Shown piece after piece: positions 36,591-48,967 of a stretch of 64,000 nt of DNA (positions are counted from its first letter, which is position 1; every line of letters starts with the position of its first letter). The position numbers were made by a program, and so were the translations under genes. The stretch comes from Octopus vulgaris (Eukaryota). Under the pieces are notes generated by a model. That model was given only the letters and a program-made list of their open reading frames with translations. It searched no databases and was not told the DNA's origin. The stretch spans positions 109,430,001-109,494,000 of the forward strand of contig OX597814.1 of assembly GCA_951406725.2 (NCBI GenBank), written 5' to 3'.

Positions 36591-36891
36591 TAACTTAAGT
36601 TATGTTCCACAATTGTTATAATCCAGAAATAAAGAAATTAAATCTCATTTATTAACACTTAACGTTGATTAACAACACATAGGTCTACTTGTAAAGCTTC
36701 GACTCCGTTTAACAAAATAAATAAATATATTCCAATTAAGTTTTCTTCTGTTAATTAATTAATTACACACTCCAGCCACAAAAATTGTTTTTTTTTAATT
36801 TTTAAAAAGGAAAATAATAATAAATGTGCAATACTTGGGATACCTTGTGTTAGTTGTTTGATGATTGCGTGTTTTTATTTTTAAAAAGGAA

Positions 36892-36942
<51 letters not shown>

Positions 36943-37092
36943 CGTGGGATACCCTTGTGTTAGTTGTTTGATGATTGCGTGATTAACAATAATATAAGGG
37001 AAGATGTTTGTTATGGCATGTTGTTACAGGACAGTAAAGAATATTATCAATGCAGAAATATGTTTTAAGAGTTCGAAACAAACTGATCTTAC

Positions 37093-37210
37093 CCATAGAA
37101 CTACGGGCCTGCTTTTGGTAGTGGGGAGGATCCCGATTATTCGATTTCTTAGGGATTGCAGAAGAGCAGCATCCGTCTGCAGTCCCTGGGTTTTTGTTAG
37201 AATCAGCCAT
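37093..37210 (-). CDS. Unidentified gene X, coding exon 1 (MADSNKNPGTADGCCSSAIPKKSNNRDPPHYQKQARSSM + 1 nt)
   Basis: Unique GC-richer sequence with ATG at 37210, 118 nt open, ending at donor G|GTAAGA (phase 1). It sits at the edge of the CpG-rich island shared with GDI. Confidence 0.75.
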
Positions 37211-37997
37211 GTAATAATATAAACCGAAGTGATAAAAAAGATGGAAATATCTGACGTTCTCTCAACGATTGCCCCCTTTTTTCTCTCTCTCTCTCGTTTG
37301 AATACGTTTCTTTGGTTTTTCCTCTTTAGTTACAGCATTACTTCGGTGGATTTTGAGAGAGCTGTAAGGTTTGGTTTGACCTCTCCGCTGATGTTGTCAT
37401 CATCGCCGTTCTTTCTCTCCGCCGATCTTCATTGTTGCTGATCTCACCGTGCAAGAGGTGGTGGTGGGGGGAGAGGAAAGAAATTTCAACCATTTATGAA
37501 AAATAAATCGAAAATTAATTAAAGGGTCAAATTTTATATTAGATCATGATTACATTTTTCTAAGTTTGCTTTTCTATTCGATTATACACTCATCGCATTT
37601 ATTATAAAGTTGTATTTTGCCTCACGACATAACCTGTCCGAATTTCGGTAAGGGCGCTGTCAAAGCTATCAGCATGCCTTTGGAGTCGGTTTGTCAAAGA
37701 AATATTCTTTTCAACTCTTCACGAAGGATTCAAAACAAACAAATTACTTGATGTTTGTGAAATACAATAAAAATAAATAGTTGTTCTTTTCATTCTGACT
37801 ATAAAATAACTTTTTGTTTGTTGTTATTGTTATTTATACGTGTTTCTCACAGTATGACTACAAAATTTGGTAACCGGTTTTAAAATATACATACATTATA
37901 TATATATATATATATATATCTATACAATAGATAAATTTCCTCTATTTACATAATATTGAGGTCTCTTTCTTTCTTTTGTTATCTTACCGTTTTATCA

Positions 37998-38062
<65 letters not shown>

Positions 38063-39347
38063 ACTGTGTGTATCTATCGTATATGTAGGTGTATATATAT
38101 ATATATATGTGTGTATGTGTGTGTGCGTGCGTGTATATATATTTATGTGTGTGTAGGTATGTTTCATGTGAAAATCACTTGGGCTAATTTTTAAATGTAG
38201 AAATAAATTATGTAATATTCTTCAGGAAGATATTTCATAATTGTTAATTTAAAAAATGATGTCATTTAATATTAATTTAAAAACAATATTTTTTTTCACA
38301 AGCTATTCAATATTTCTAAGTAATTATTTTTTAAAAAATACGAAAAAACTAATTTATTTTTATTTGAGCAATTTTTGCAAAGTTCGCTAAATAAATTAAA
38401 TGACCCGGAAATGATTACAACCGTGGAGGTCAATTACATTTATTATCGTTTAGGAAGTTTCAATTGTATGAATACACATTTGTCATTTAAATAATTATTA
38501 TCAAAAGAAAAGATTAACTTCAATAAGAATTAGGATCGAAGACGACGTCTGGAAGCGTCAATATTTGTTGCAAAAAATTATTTTCTAACTGCGAACTATA
38601 TTATTTCACGGCGCCTCATTACGTCTCCATAGCGCAATCACGGCCGTCCTAATGAAGAATTCCTCCCTCTCTATCATTAATGTTTAGTAATTGTAGTAGT
38701 AATGGTGCAGCTGCTTTCTTGCTAACTCACAACACTATAGCTTGTGGAACCTTCTAACTGCTTCCTCCGCTATACATGTCGTCAAATCAATTCATACGCC
38801 GCAACAGCCCAGCAGTATCACCACTACCACCATCGTTATTACCATATAGTAGCACCACCTAAATTATTAGTAACATAGCAGCCACCGCCACCACTATCAT
38901 CACCAGCTGTACTATAACCATTACCACCACCACCGCCGATACCATTATCAGCAGTAGCAGCGTTACCACTGCTACCATCATCAGTAATACCGTCACTGTT
39001 CCTCACTATCACCCCCATTAGCCGTCATACATTACCGCCGCTACCACCACCACCATCAGCAGTAATACAGCAACTAACACCGCCACTACCACCATCAGCA
39101 GCTACCACCACCACCACCGCCGCCACCACCATCAGCAGTTCTTCAGCCACTACCACCACCGCCACCATCACCGGCAGTAATACAGCAGCCACCATATTTT
39201 ATGTCATCTCACAGCCATCTTGTTTCCAGAAATTCTTCTTTTCAACCAATTTACAAATCGAATTGACCAAAGAATTATTAGTGTTTTTTTTTAAAAAAGC
39301 CCTCCCTATTTCATTTCTGTTCACATTATATCACAAATCTATTCAAC
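37211..39347. promoter_or_regulatory. Putative bidirectional promoter and 5' leader region shared by gene X and GDI
   Basis: Divergent ATGs 2.1 kb apart. The region lacks SINEs and retains CpG; it has an ETS-like CCGGAAAT at 38405 and a GACGTC at 38544. Confidence 0.6.
38810..39195 (+). repeat. Degenerate ACC/GCC/AGC/ATC trinucleotide array upstream of the GDI ATG
   Basis: Read directly. Confidence 0.85.
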
Positions 39348-39392
39348 ATGGATGAGAGTTACGATGTTATTGTCTTAGGCACTGGGCTTAAG
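39348..39392 (+). CDS. GDI1: Rab GDP dissociation inhibitor, first coding exon (MDESYDVIVLGTGLK); the rest of the gene lies beyond the window or was not found
   Basis: ATG at 39348 gives 15 codons that match the conserved Rab GDI N-terminus (MDEEYDVIVLGTGL). The exon ends at AAG|GTAAGA, a phase-0 donor at 39393, the same position as intron 1 of vertebrate GDI1/2. The symbol denotes the family; GDI1 versus GDI2 orthology cannot be resolved. Confidence 0.93.
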
Positions 39393-40212
39393 GTAAGAAT
39401 TTGCCAACCTTTTTTTTTCCTTCATACATTTCACAGCAAATTACACAAAACGATTCTGGCTTCTTTTTTTTCTAGCTCTCTTGTAAATGATTATACATGA
39501 AAATGCAGCCACAAAATAATATCATAAATAAATTCATATTTCATCTTAAAATATATTGTGTGTGTATTAAATCTTTCAATGATGCTTATTGCTTTTGTGC
39601 AGTGGGTGGGTATTTTGATCGAAATATTCCTTATTCTTTCCAAACCATTTAATTATTACTCAAGTGGTTATAAATCTACATTGTTATATCTCATCTGAAG
39701 ACTATTTGATGCCTTGATCTCTTTATCCTGCTTGTAATATCTATCTATCTATATTTTTTTTCTATTTCTTGAATCCTTTTTCTTTCTATATCTTGTTATA
39801 GAAAATAGAATAAAATACAAAATGTCAAATCTATCCATGTACCCCGGCTTTCTTCGACTAGTTTACTTTATACATTTGCATATATTTTAAATGGGAAATC
39901 ATCAAGCGAGCTGACTATTCGTTAGATTAAGCCTGTATCTTCACTGAATCTGTGTAACTCTGCTAAGGAATTCTAACGTCAGGTTGGATGGTATGCAGCT
40001 CTCCTCACACACTCTAAATTATTACTGTTGCATTGAAATAAATATATATTATCGATATATACACACACACACACACATTTGTGTGACGGTGAGAGTTGCA
40101 TATCTATATACACATTGGTGTGTGTGTGAATAGATGTAATCATACACACACACACATATATCCATCTATCTATATCCATCCATCTGTATATATATCCATC
40201 TATCTATATAGC

Positions 40213-40245
<33 letters not shown>

Positions 40246-40361
40246 CCTTCGATGTTTCGCTGTGAATTGTTTTATAGATGGCAGTCTATAAATTATATAT
40301 TTAACAGTCTCTTTCTAGGACTACTTGTAAATTCAGACCCGAACGGTGTGCTTATATATAT

Positions 40362-40448
40362 ACAGGGGTGGCCATAAGTCGCTTTACCCATTTCCTTATT
40401 ATTATTTTTATTATTAGGTGAAGGTAAAGCGACTTATTTCCATCCCTA
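40362..40448. mobile_element. Very short Tc1/mariner-like MITE
   Basis: Inverted ends caggggtggccataagtcgctttacc / ggtaaagcgacttatttccatccct in a TA context. Confidence 0.55.
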
Positions 40449-40619
40449 CACACACACACACACACACACATATATAATGTATGTGTGCGTGTGTATTTAA
40501 ATTAACTGAACTACGTGTTGACTTGAAAATGGTCGCTCTGATTAATTTCCTTCTGATCAATTTATTACACTACTTAAGCAATTTCAGTTAATTAATCATC
40601 ATACAAATATTGTTTTTTT

Positions 40620-40650
<31 letters not shown>

Positions 40651-43600
40651 TTCCTTTCTGCTTAAATTTTCATGGATTTCTTTTAGCTGTATTTCAGTAT
40701 TTAAAAAAAAAAATTTGTCTTATTAAAAAGAAGAAAAAAAAGTTGTGCCGTTGTTATCAATTATCATTAACTATCGTGTTTATTGTTGTTTTTAATTTAT
40801 ATATTAACCGATCCACGCCCACTTCTTGTACGTTCGTACGACATTAATAGTCTTTTATCGCTATTTCCATCTTGTATATATAAATTCCTAATTATACCCT
40901 GTTGTCTTTTTTTTTTTAATTCGATATCTTCATAAATTTAATTACGCGCACACACGATTCTGTTCTTGATTGAGCTCCTGTGAAATCGGCGTACCTAAAC
41001 CAGCCTCTAAGAAGACTTGTATGCATGTCACACATTTCACGAACGATCGTCTTAAAATTTAATTCATTTCTTAGCAAAAACTATTTTTCTTCCCTTTTAG
41101 ATAACCTAATTCTGACATTTATTGGCTTGTATTTCACCATATGTTTTAATACTCTATTGATCACAAACGTTGGCTACATTACACAACTTAGCTTGAAGAC
41201 AATTTCTTCTCTTTTTTTTCTTTTTTTTACATTTTTAAAAAGCGAAAGAGAGAAAAGAGACCTACTCGTGATTAATAGGTTATTGCAATTAGAAAGACTC
41301 TACGAGGAGAGGCGGTTGCTTGTTCGATCATCGATACTATTGTGAGAGGAGAAACAAGCTACTCAACACTTCACGCTGAAAGACATAATTTTCGACGAGA
41401 ATCTGCGACAAATTTGTCTGACCTCCCTATCTTCTGTCCTTGTCTATGACTGGACGGGGCGTGTATCCTATTGAAAACCAAAATGGTACTATCAGGGAGT
41501 CTCTCTAAAAAAAAAAAGATACCAAATAAAAATGAAAATAAGACGAGATGGTCGTGATTGAATGCTTTGATCAAAGTTGCAGAAACCCTCCATTTTTTTT
41601 ACCCCCAGGGAACATAGTGTAGTTTAATTGAGAAGAAAAAAATGACCCAAGTGGTTGATGGAAAGTGCAAAGCTGTCTTTAGTTGGTGGGGAGAGGAGAA
41701 ATATAGATATCGTTTGTAAAAAACATAAATTCGAAAAAAGTGCACTCTGAGATGTAGAGAAGTATATATTAACAATGAGGAAGGTCTTTCCCATTTTTGA
41801 TATGCATATATAGTTATTTTTCATACAAGCCAGATGTACTTATAGCAGGAAGGATGTTGATTAGCACATGGTAATAAGTACTGTTGACCAGACCTTATAT
41901 GAAGACTCTTAAAACCTGTAACATTTCTTAACTAATCTTCAGACACTTATTTAGTTCCTGGAGATTATAAATCTGTAAATAACACCACAAAGAGTTCTCT
42001 CTTCACGACTTCTCCCCAAATTTCACTCACAGTTCTTCAAAAGCACTTGTGCTGGACAATCTGTTCGGAACTAAGCAGAGTATCATTCTTCATACTTTTA
42101 GCTCCATATCTTTTATAGAATTAGGAAGATCAATATGTTGAAGCTCTGGAGGAATGTCCTCACATTTACAAGGAAGATCCTAACTAGGAATTCTCTTCAA
42201 CAGATTACAGAAAAACACAGAAGAGATCTTCCCAGACACAGTCTGCCATGCATTCATCCATGCAGAGGACAACTGACATCAACTGAAGCCGGCCTAATTT
42301 TGTTTTTCTTTTTTTTTTATTCAGAACGAAGGGGAGGAGAGTGCTTGTAACCTTTAGAGGCACTTCCCTGTTTAGTGAAGTTGAAGTTCATTTTCTGGTT
42401 GAACTCTTGCAGGCTGATGCTTGTGAGGAAGTTGTAGGGAGGGTTACAATTCTGAACAAAGAATTTTGTTGGTGCATTATCTCTACCACTGTCTTGTCCC
42501 AATTCAGTTTTTCTCATAGTCTCGATTCTACCATTCACTTTCTCAGTCTATGCTTTGATTTGAATAACACATCATAGAGTAACGATTCTTTAGTTACAAA
42601 GGTAAAACAGCCAATAATAGTCTTTGTGTAATGGGTTGGTAAATTAGGGGAGACAACATTGAGCTGAAAAGAATTTTTAGTTTTGTTGAGAAAATGACAA
42701 CCTCTCTAATGCTGGTGCCATGACAAAATGCAGCCAGTACTTTCCATAAAGTGCATCTGGCTATAAAAGCCAAACCGAAAATGAAATGTATCTTTCAAGC
42801 CATCTTGGAAGGCAGTGACTCCAAAAAAAAGAGCTGACTCAGGAAATGTGATGACCCATCCAACCTATGCCTGTATAGAAAATTGATGTAGAATGAAAAT
42901 AAGATTTAAGCTCATTAGTAATGATAAGAGGGACAAATCAATTGGAAGGTGATGTCGACAATATTAGTTGAGTGGAGGAGGAATTGTGGTGGCAGTGATG
43001 ATGGATATTTGTGATTTAATGATTAGGTGCCAACTGTTTGATCAACTGAATCAACAAGTGGCTGAGTATCCCTAAGATAAACACACCGTAAATGTTATTT
43101 TCAGGCAGAATCATTGTGACATGGCATATGTGAAAAGGCTGTACCTTTTAAATTTTAGGTACAGTCCACCTAAAAAGCTTCTATGCAGTTTCCATCTACC
43201 TAATCTCACAAGATATGGGCTAACCTAAGGCTAAGGGAACTGACATTTGCCTAAGATGCCATGCAGTGGGATCAAACCTGTGACCTTGTGGTTTGGAAGC
43301 CAACTCCTTAACCATTTAGCCATATTGCACCTTCAAGAACTCTTATGCTAAGCGGTGAATGTTACACATCATTTGGCTCCTGGTTGGAATGTGATGGAAA
43401 GGGAAAAAATTTTAGCCAAACAGCAATTTTTTATAATGCAGCCTGAGTGTGTGTCTATCAGATAAAGGCATCATTTATAGATGAATGAATGATCCATTTG
43501 GGGATCATTAGGACTTTGGAGAAGGTGTTGGTATCTAGTAAATTCAGTTCTTGGAGAAGAAACACTGTATCTTTGAGAAACAGTTTTGTTTAAATTTTAG

Positions 43601-43952
43601 AAGTGTGGTCACCGTAAAAGCTGTTCCGATTACAAGGTCTGGCATTTATTATGACTCAAGTATTTTAGTTTTGTACTCTTCATAAATAGGAAGATCTTAT
43701 ATTGGAGAAGTTAAAGGTCAGAACACTTTCCAGATGGGGATTTCTTCTCTGAAGACCTGCTGTTCAGCTCTTGAGAGTTTCTTACAGTTGAGAGGAATAA
43801 AGACGTTCCCTTGCTATCGTGTTCATTGTTTTTGAGATTTTAAAAGTGAGGATGAGAGTTACTGTGGTCAAAAAGTTCACTTTCTTTGGGGCTGGAACAC
43901 ACACTTGCATAATTTTGTTCAAATAGATGAATGTTGAGAGACGTTGAAAGTA

Positions 43953-44168
43953 AAGTTCTATATTTAAGAGATGAGGAATGATGTACATTATTTACATTTG
44001 ATGGATATTTGTCCTCATCTTGTTTGCTGTTAACACAACATTTTGGCTGATATACCCTCCTGCCTTCAGGTGTCTTGGGGAAATTTCAAACCTGGGTTCT
44101 CGTTCCATGTTGTTAATATTCAGTGATCGGAAGAACAATAATAACAAATATCCATCAAATGTAAATAA
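43953..44168. mobile_element. Family E truncated inverted pair
   Basis: Full minus tail with a decayed hammerhead, followed by a short plus-orientation tail (caaatatccatcaaatgtaaataa). Confidence 0.65.
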
Positions 44169-46683
44169 GTTGAAAGGTTTGATAAAAGGTACAAGGTAGC
44201 CCAGCACACTGTTGGTGGCTGATGGCAAAACACTGCCAAAACTAGTTGTCCTTTTGGCTTAAAAAGACTGTGTAGCATTTTTGCACTTGACATTATCATT
44301 TGCAAGAAGTGCAAAGTAAAGGTAAGTCATCTTTGTTGAAAATGGAACTAGTTGAAGGATTCTGAAAAGTTGGTAGAGAGATCTTGTCAAATAAGGACCT
44401 GATAATGTCTGAAGCTGTGGCTAAGTACAAAATCAGCTTTTGCTGTTCTCATGGTAAACAATAGCAGAGTGAGCACCTTTTTCTTAATGGTAGTCATGGT
44501 GGGGATGATGAATGCCTCTCTGTTATTGATAGTGAGGAAACACTTCTTGGTGTTTGTGGGAAATTTTCTCAAGTGATTGTAAAAGATATCCTACTGTATA
44601 CCTGCAGCATGGTTTACTGTGACCTGTTGAGGTTATTGGATTGAGGGCTTTGGCTGTGTGAAAGATGTTGAAGGACATGGGTAACAAGAGGGTTTCAGAT
44701 ATCTTCTTGGCTGTCTCAATTAGATCAGGAATAAAACACACTAACAAGCACTCCCCAATATTGTATTGATGGTATTGATGTTGTGGGTGTGTGTTAAGGC
44801 TTCTTCCCAACCACATGGTTCTGGGCTCAGTCCCAATTTGTGCAGCCATATATATTACAATGTAGGTAAAAGAGGTGGGTCATCAATCCCAGCCTAAGTG
44901 CTAGTGTCATGTAAAAAGTGGTTAGAATTAGGAAGAACATAAGGGCATCCAGCCCTAGAAACCATACCAAAGCTAACAATGAGCTTGATGCAGTCCTCTG
45001 GTTTGCCAGCTCCTGTCAACCATTCAACCCATACCTGCATGGAAAATGGCCATTAAATGATGAAAACCATCAGCATCCAATAAGTCATATGGAACATTAT
45101 CAACCGTCAGCTTCCTGCTGTGCTGCTTTTAATTGGTTCTTAAAAAGGAAAACTGAACTGCTGGCTTCTTTTTATCCTTTTTTATTCATTAAAGAATATT
45201 TTTGAAGGACATTAAATTTCACTCCCAGATCAGAGAAGTCAGTATTTCCCTTCTTTTCATTTGAAGACAATGGTGAGATGCTGAAACCTGGTGTTTTGTG
45301 TTATTCTTTCTTGTCCCCCAAATATTTAGTATTTTTGATGTCTATAAACATCATACCATTTGTCTACAGACAGGTTTCCCTTTCTTAAGTTCAACCTTTC
45401 ACAACAACCATTTACCCTCCAAACTTTTTGGTCTAGTATTCAAGTTTCAAGCTAATTGGTCAAATTTTTTGTTTCAGTAATTAGACTGCAACCATTCTGG
45501 GGCACCACCTTCAATTTGTAGTCAAATGAATCAACCCCAGTTCTTTTTTAATTTTAAGAGACTGATATTTATTCTGTTGGTGTCGTTTGCCAAACCACTA
45601 AGTTATAGGGACATAAACACACTAACACTAGTTGTGTGTGTGTGTATGTATGTATGTGTATATATATAGATAGATAGATCAGGGGTAAAACACAAGTTTT
45701 TTTCATTCTCTCTGTTTATTTACTCATGTTCCTTTCTGTTGAAGAGCATATGCTTGAAATGTAAAAGACTTTTTCATTTTCCCCGAGTGTCAAACTAATA
45801 CACTTGCTTGTTGTTCATACACGTCTTCATCTTTTGTTTTTCCATAAATTTTAACTATGTATAGATAGATAGATCCATGCTAGCATGGAAAGCGGACGTT
45901 AAACGATGATGATGATACACATACAATGGGCACCTTTCAGTTTCTGTCAACTACATTCTCTTAGAAGGCTTGACCCGAGCCAATAACAAAAGATACTTGC
46001 CCACAGTGCCAAGCAGTGGGACTGAACCTGGATCAATGTGGTTGGGAAGCAAATTTCTTATCACATAGCTAATGCAAGGAGGAATACTAGAACTATTAAT
46101 ATTTAGCTGGAGCAACAGAATTTGCCGAGGGCTGTTTCATGCATCAGCACATATCAAACCCCCTTTCATAAGTGCTAATGCATGAAACTCCTGGCCCTTG
46201 TCACTCTGTTGCTTCCTCTAAATATTAATGAAAGAAATAAATACAAGCACACTTTCAGTTTTTGGGTTAACTCAGGACTATAGTGGGAAATAGTTGGCCA
46301 AGGTGACATGTAGTAGGATTTAACCTGAAACTGTATATTTGGGTTCTGAACCTCTCAACTCTGTAGCAGTACCTGTGCCTGCACAAGAGCAAACTCTGAT
46401 GCAAAGTCTCTATTGTTTGCTGTATCAAAGTCTATATTTAATCTCAAATCAGTGACATTAATTTTGACTTTAATCAAAATTTAAGCTTATAATGAAATAT
46501 TCATTTGTCAGCTCATGTGATAGATTAGCATTTTTTTTTTTAACCAACACTTGTTTCTTTTGTTTGTTTGTTCTGTAATTTTTTTGTATTGCATAAATAC
46601 AGCTTGGCAATTTAAAACATTTCGTTTAAATGGTTTTTAACTGAATGACTTGGGTATATTTTGTATCTTCAATCATATGACGC

Positions 46684-46895
46684 TTAGCCCTTTCGATTAT
46701 CAACCCAGCTGAAACCACCTCTGGCTGTGTAATACAAATGTCTTGTTTTCAAAAGTTCTGAATTAAAATCTTCCACCAAACCTTAGTCGCAATTTATGTC
46801 CCAAACACTAGCTTAATGATAACTAAGTTATTTTACTAAATTAATTGAAAGAAACAGACAGCATCTCAACAGAAGTATGGTGACGAAAGGGTTAA
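46684..46895. mobile_element. Solo copy of the piggyBac-like MITE
   Basis: Same interior as the 31345-32068 units; ends aaagggttaa. Confidence 0.7.
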
Positions 46896-48059
46896 AGTAA
46901 GTTATATACGGGTGAAGCTGCTACTTAATAGGATCAATTTGGGACAGTCTTTTAGACAAGAACAACCAGTGTGGTAAGAAGCTTACTTTTCAACCACATG
47001 GTTCCAGGTTCAGTCCCACTTGCATGGCACTTTGGACAAGTGTCTTCTACTATAGTCCCGGGCTGACCAGAGCCTTGTGAGTGGATTTGATAGATGGAAA
47101 CATCATATATATATATATATATAATTATTAAAAAAAAAAACGAAGAATAAAACAACATGAGGACGTGGTACGTGCAAAGTATTAAAAGAATGCTCAGAGA
47201 AGGAACGAAAGGGTGTTTCGAGCAAAGCTCTTCTTCAGAAACAGGAGACAGAGGAAAGTCCAAGAGAAAAGGAAGATGGAGAGGAAAAAATCACCAACGA
47301 TCCTATGCCGTAGTGTCCGTGTTTGTTGTCGTCATCCCACCACCGTTACCATTTGACAACTGGTGTTGGTGTGGTTATGTCCTCCTACCTTAGTGGTTCA
47401 GAATGCTAGGCTTTAAAAAAAAGTACTGGGGTCCTTTCATTCAACTAAAAATTCTTCAAGGCGTTGTCCCAGCATGATTGCTGTCTAATGACTGGAACCA
47501 GTAAAAGAAAAAAACAAAACAAACTTGATAACATTAAACAGGAGGTTTGAGTATATATCCTTTCTACTAGGAGCACAAGGCCTGATGTTGGTGGGGAGGG
47601 GGCTAGTTAATTACATTCATCCCCAGTATTCAACTGGTATCTATGTTATCAACCCCAAGAGAATAAAAGGCAAAGTCAACCTCTGCAGCATTTGAACTTG
47701 TATCCTAAAGATGGGTGAAATGCCGCTAACCATTTTTTCCACTTGCTAACGATTCTGCCTGCCTTAGGGGATCTGAAAATATAAACGATCTGTATATTAA
47801 TTGGTTTGTTTGTAGTTGTCTACCGACATTTCTGTATTGTATGATTTTGGGATCATTTCTACTCTGCATCACCTTGGCATGTCTTCTGTTACAATCCTTG
47901 GCCAACTAAAGCTTTGTGAGTGGATTTGACAGATGGAAACAGTCTTGCCAACTGAGTTGGTGATATATATATATATATATATAAAAGCTTAGGTATGTTT
48001 TGACCAAAGATTAGTCCAGGCCATGTCTAACTTAATAGCACAACCTGACAAGATTATCT

Positions 48060-48490
48060 AAATCCTTTATAAGTCAAGTTTTATGGTATCACGGTCCATT
48101 CAAGTTGGGAGTTTTTGTTGAGTGAGTTGTATCCAGGTGTGTGGGTGGCTTATCTTGTATTCCTTGAAGAAATTTGTCCAGATTCCCTATAAAGGTGTAT
48201 CCCTCTTTGATCTGTTTTGGGACAATGTTAAATAGGGCAGGGCCTGTTGAAGAAAAGAAATTGTGTTGCAGTGTATTTATGTGTTGTGATCCTGAATTGG
48301 GTAGGGGACATATGGCCCGTGGTCCTAGCCTTGGATGAATTTTGAAGCAAATGTTGAGGTCATTTGGGCAATGCTGGTGGTATATCCTCCACATCGTGCA
48401 AATGATGTATCGTTCACAGCAGCACTGAAGAGAGTAGAGTTTCAATGCTTGAAGGCGGTCCCAGTAATTGAGATCAGTCATGCCCTCTGG
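48060..48490 (-). mobile_element. 5'-truncated CR1-group LINE ORF2 3' end
   Basis: ORF 48089-48481 reads LNYWDRLQALKLYSLQ..ERY...GPALFNIVPKQIK...LDKFLQGIQDKP, typical of invertebrate CR1 ORF2 C-termini. Confidence 0.8.
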
Positions 48491-48936
48491 GGTGATTCAG
48501 TTTTCTAGATGTTTTGTTTTGTATGGGAAGACCACAGGGGAGGAGCAGTATTCAAGGTGTGGCTGTACAAAGGAGAAAAGTGGAATGATGCCACCCTGTT
48601 CTCTGGACTGGAATGTGTAATGTGAAGAAACAAAAGACCTGGTAATTCAAACATGACTCCGATTAGAGATGGATTTAAAAGACAAATGTACATGATAGAC
48701 TAAAAATATATAAATACATATTTTAAAGAATCTATAAATAAATATATTAAGAATATATATGTATAAATTAATAGATTTTTAAAAAATCTCCAGATGGATG
48801 TATAAAAATGTTAAAACATGAGTGTATAAGTAAAAATATTGGAGAAAGTCTGAAGCGGTGACGGAAGCGAAGTAAAAAATACAATGAGGAGCAAAATTAA
48901 TATGTATGTATGTATATGTATTTATATACATGTATA

Positions 48937-48967
<31 letters not shown>

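Noticed and set aside
43500-44720. Possible decayed Penelope or LINE coding relic on the minus strand
   Set aside because: Composition is suggestive, but I could read no unambiguous RT or GIY-YIG motif; needs TBLASTN.
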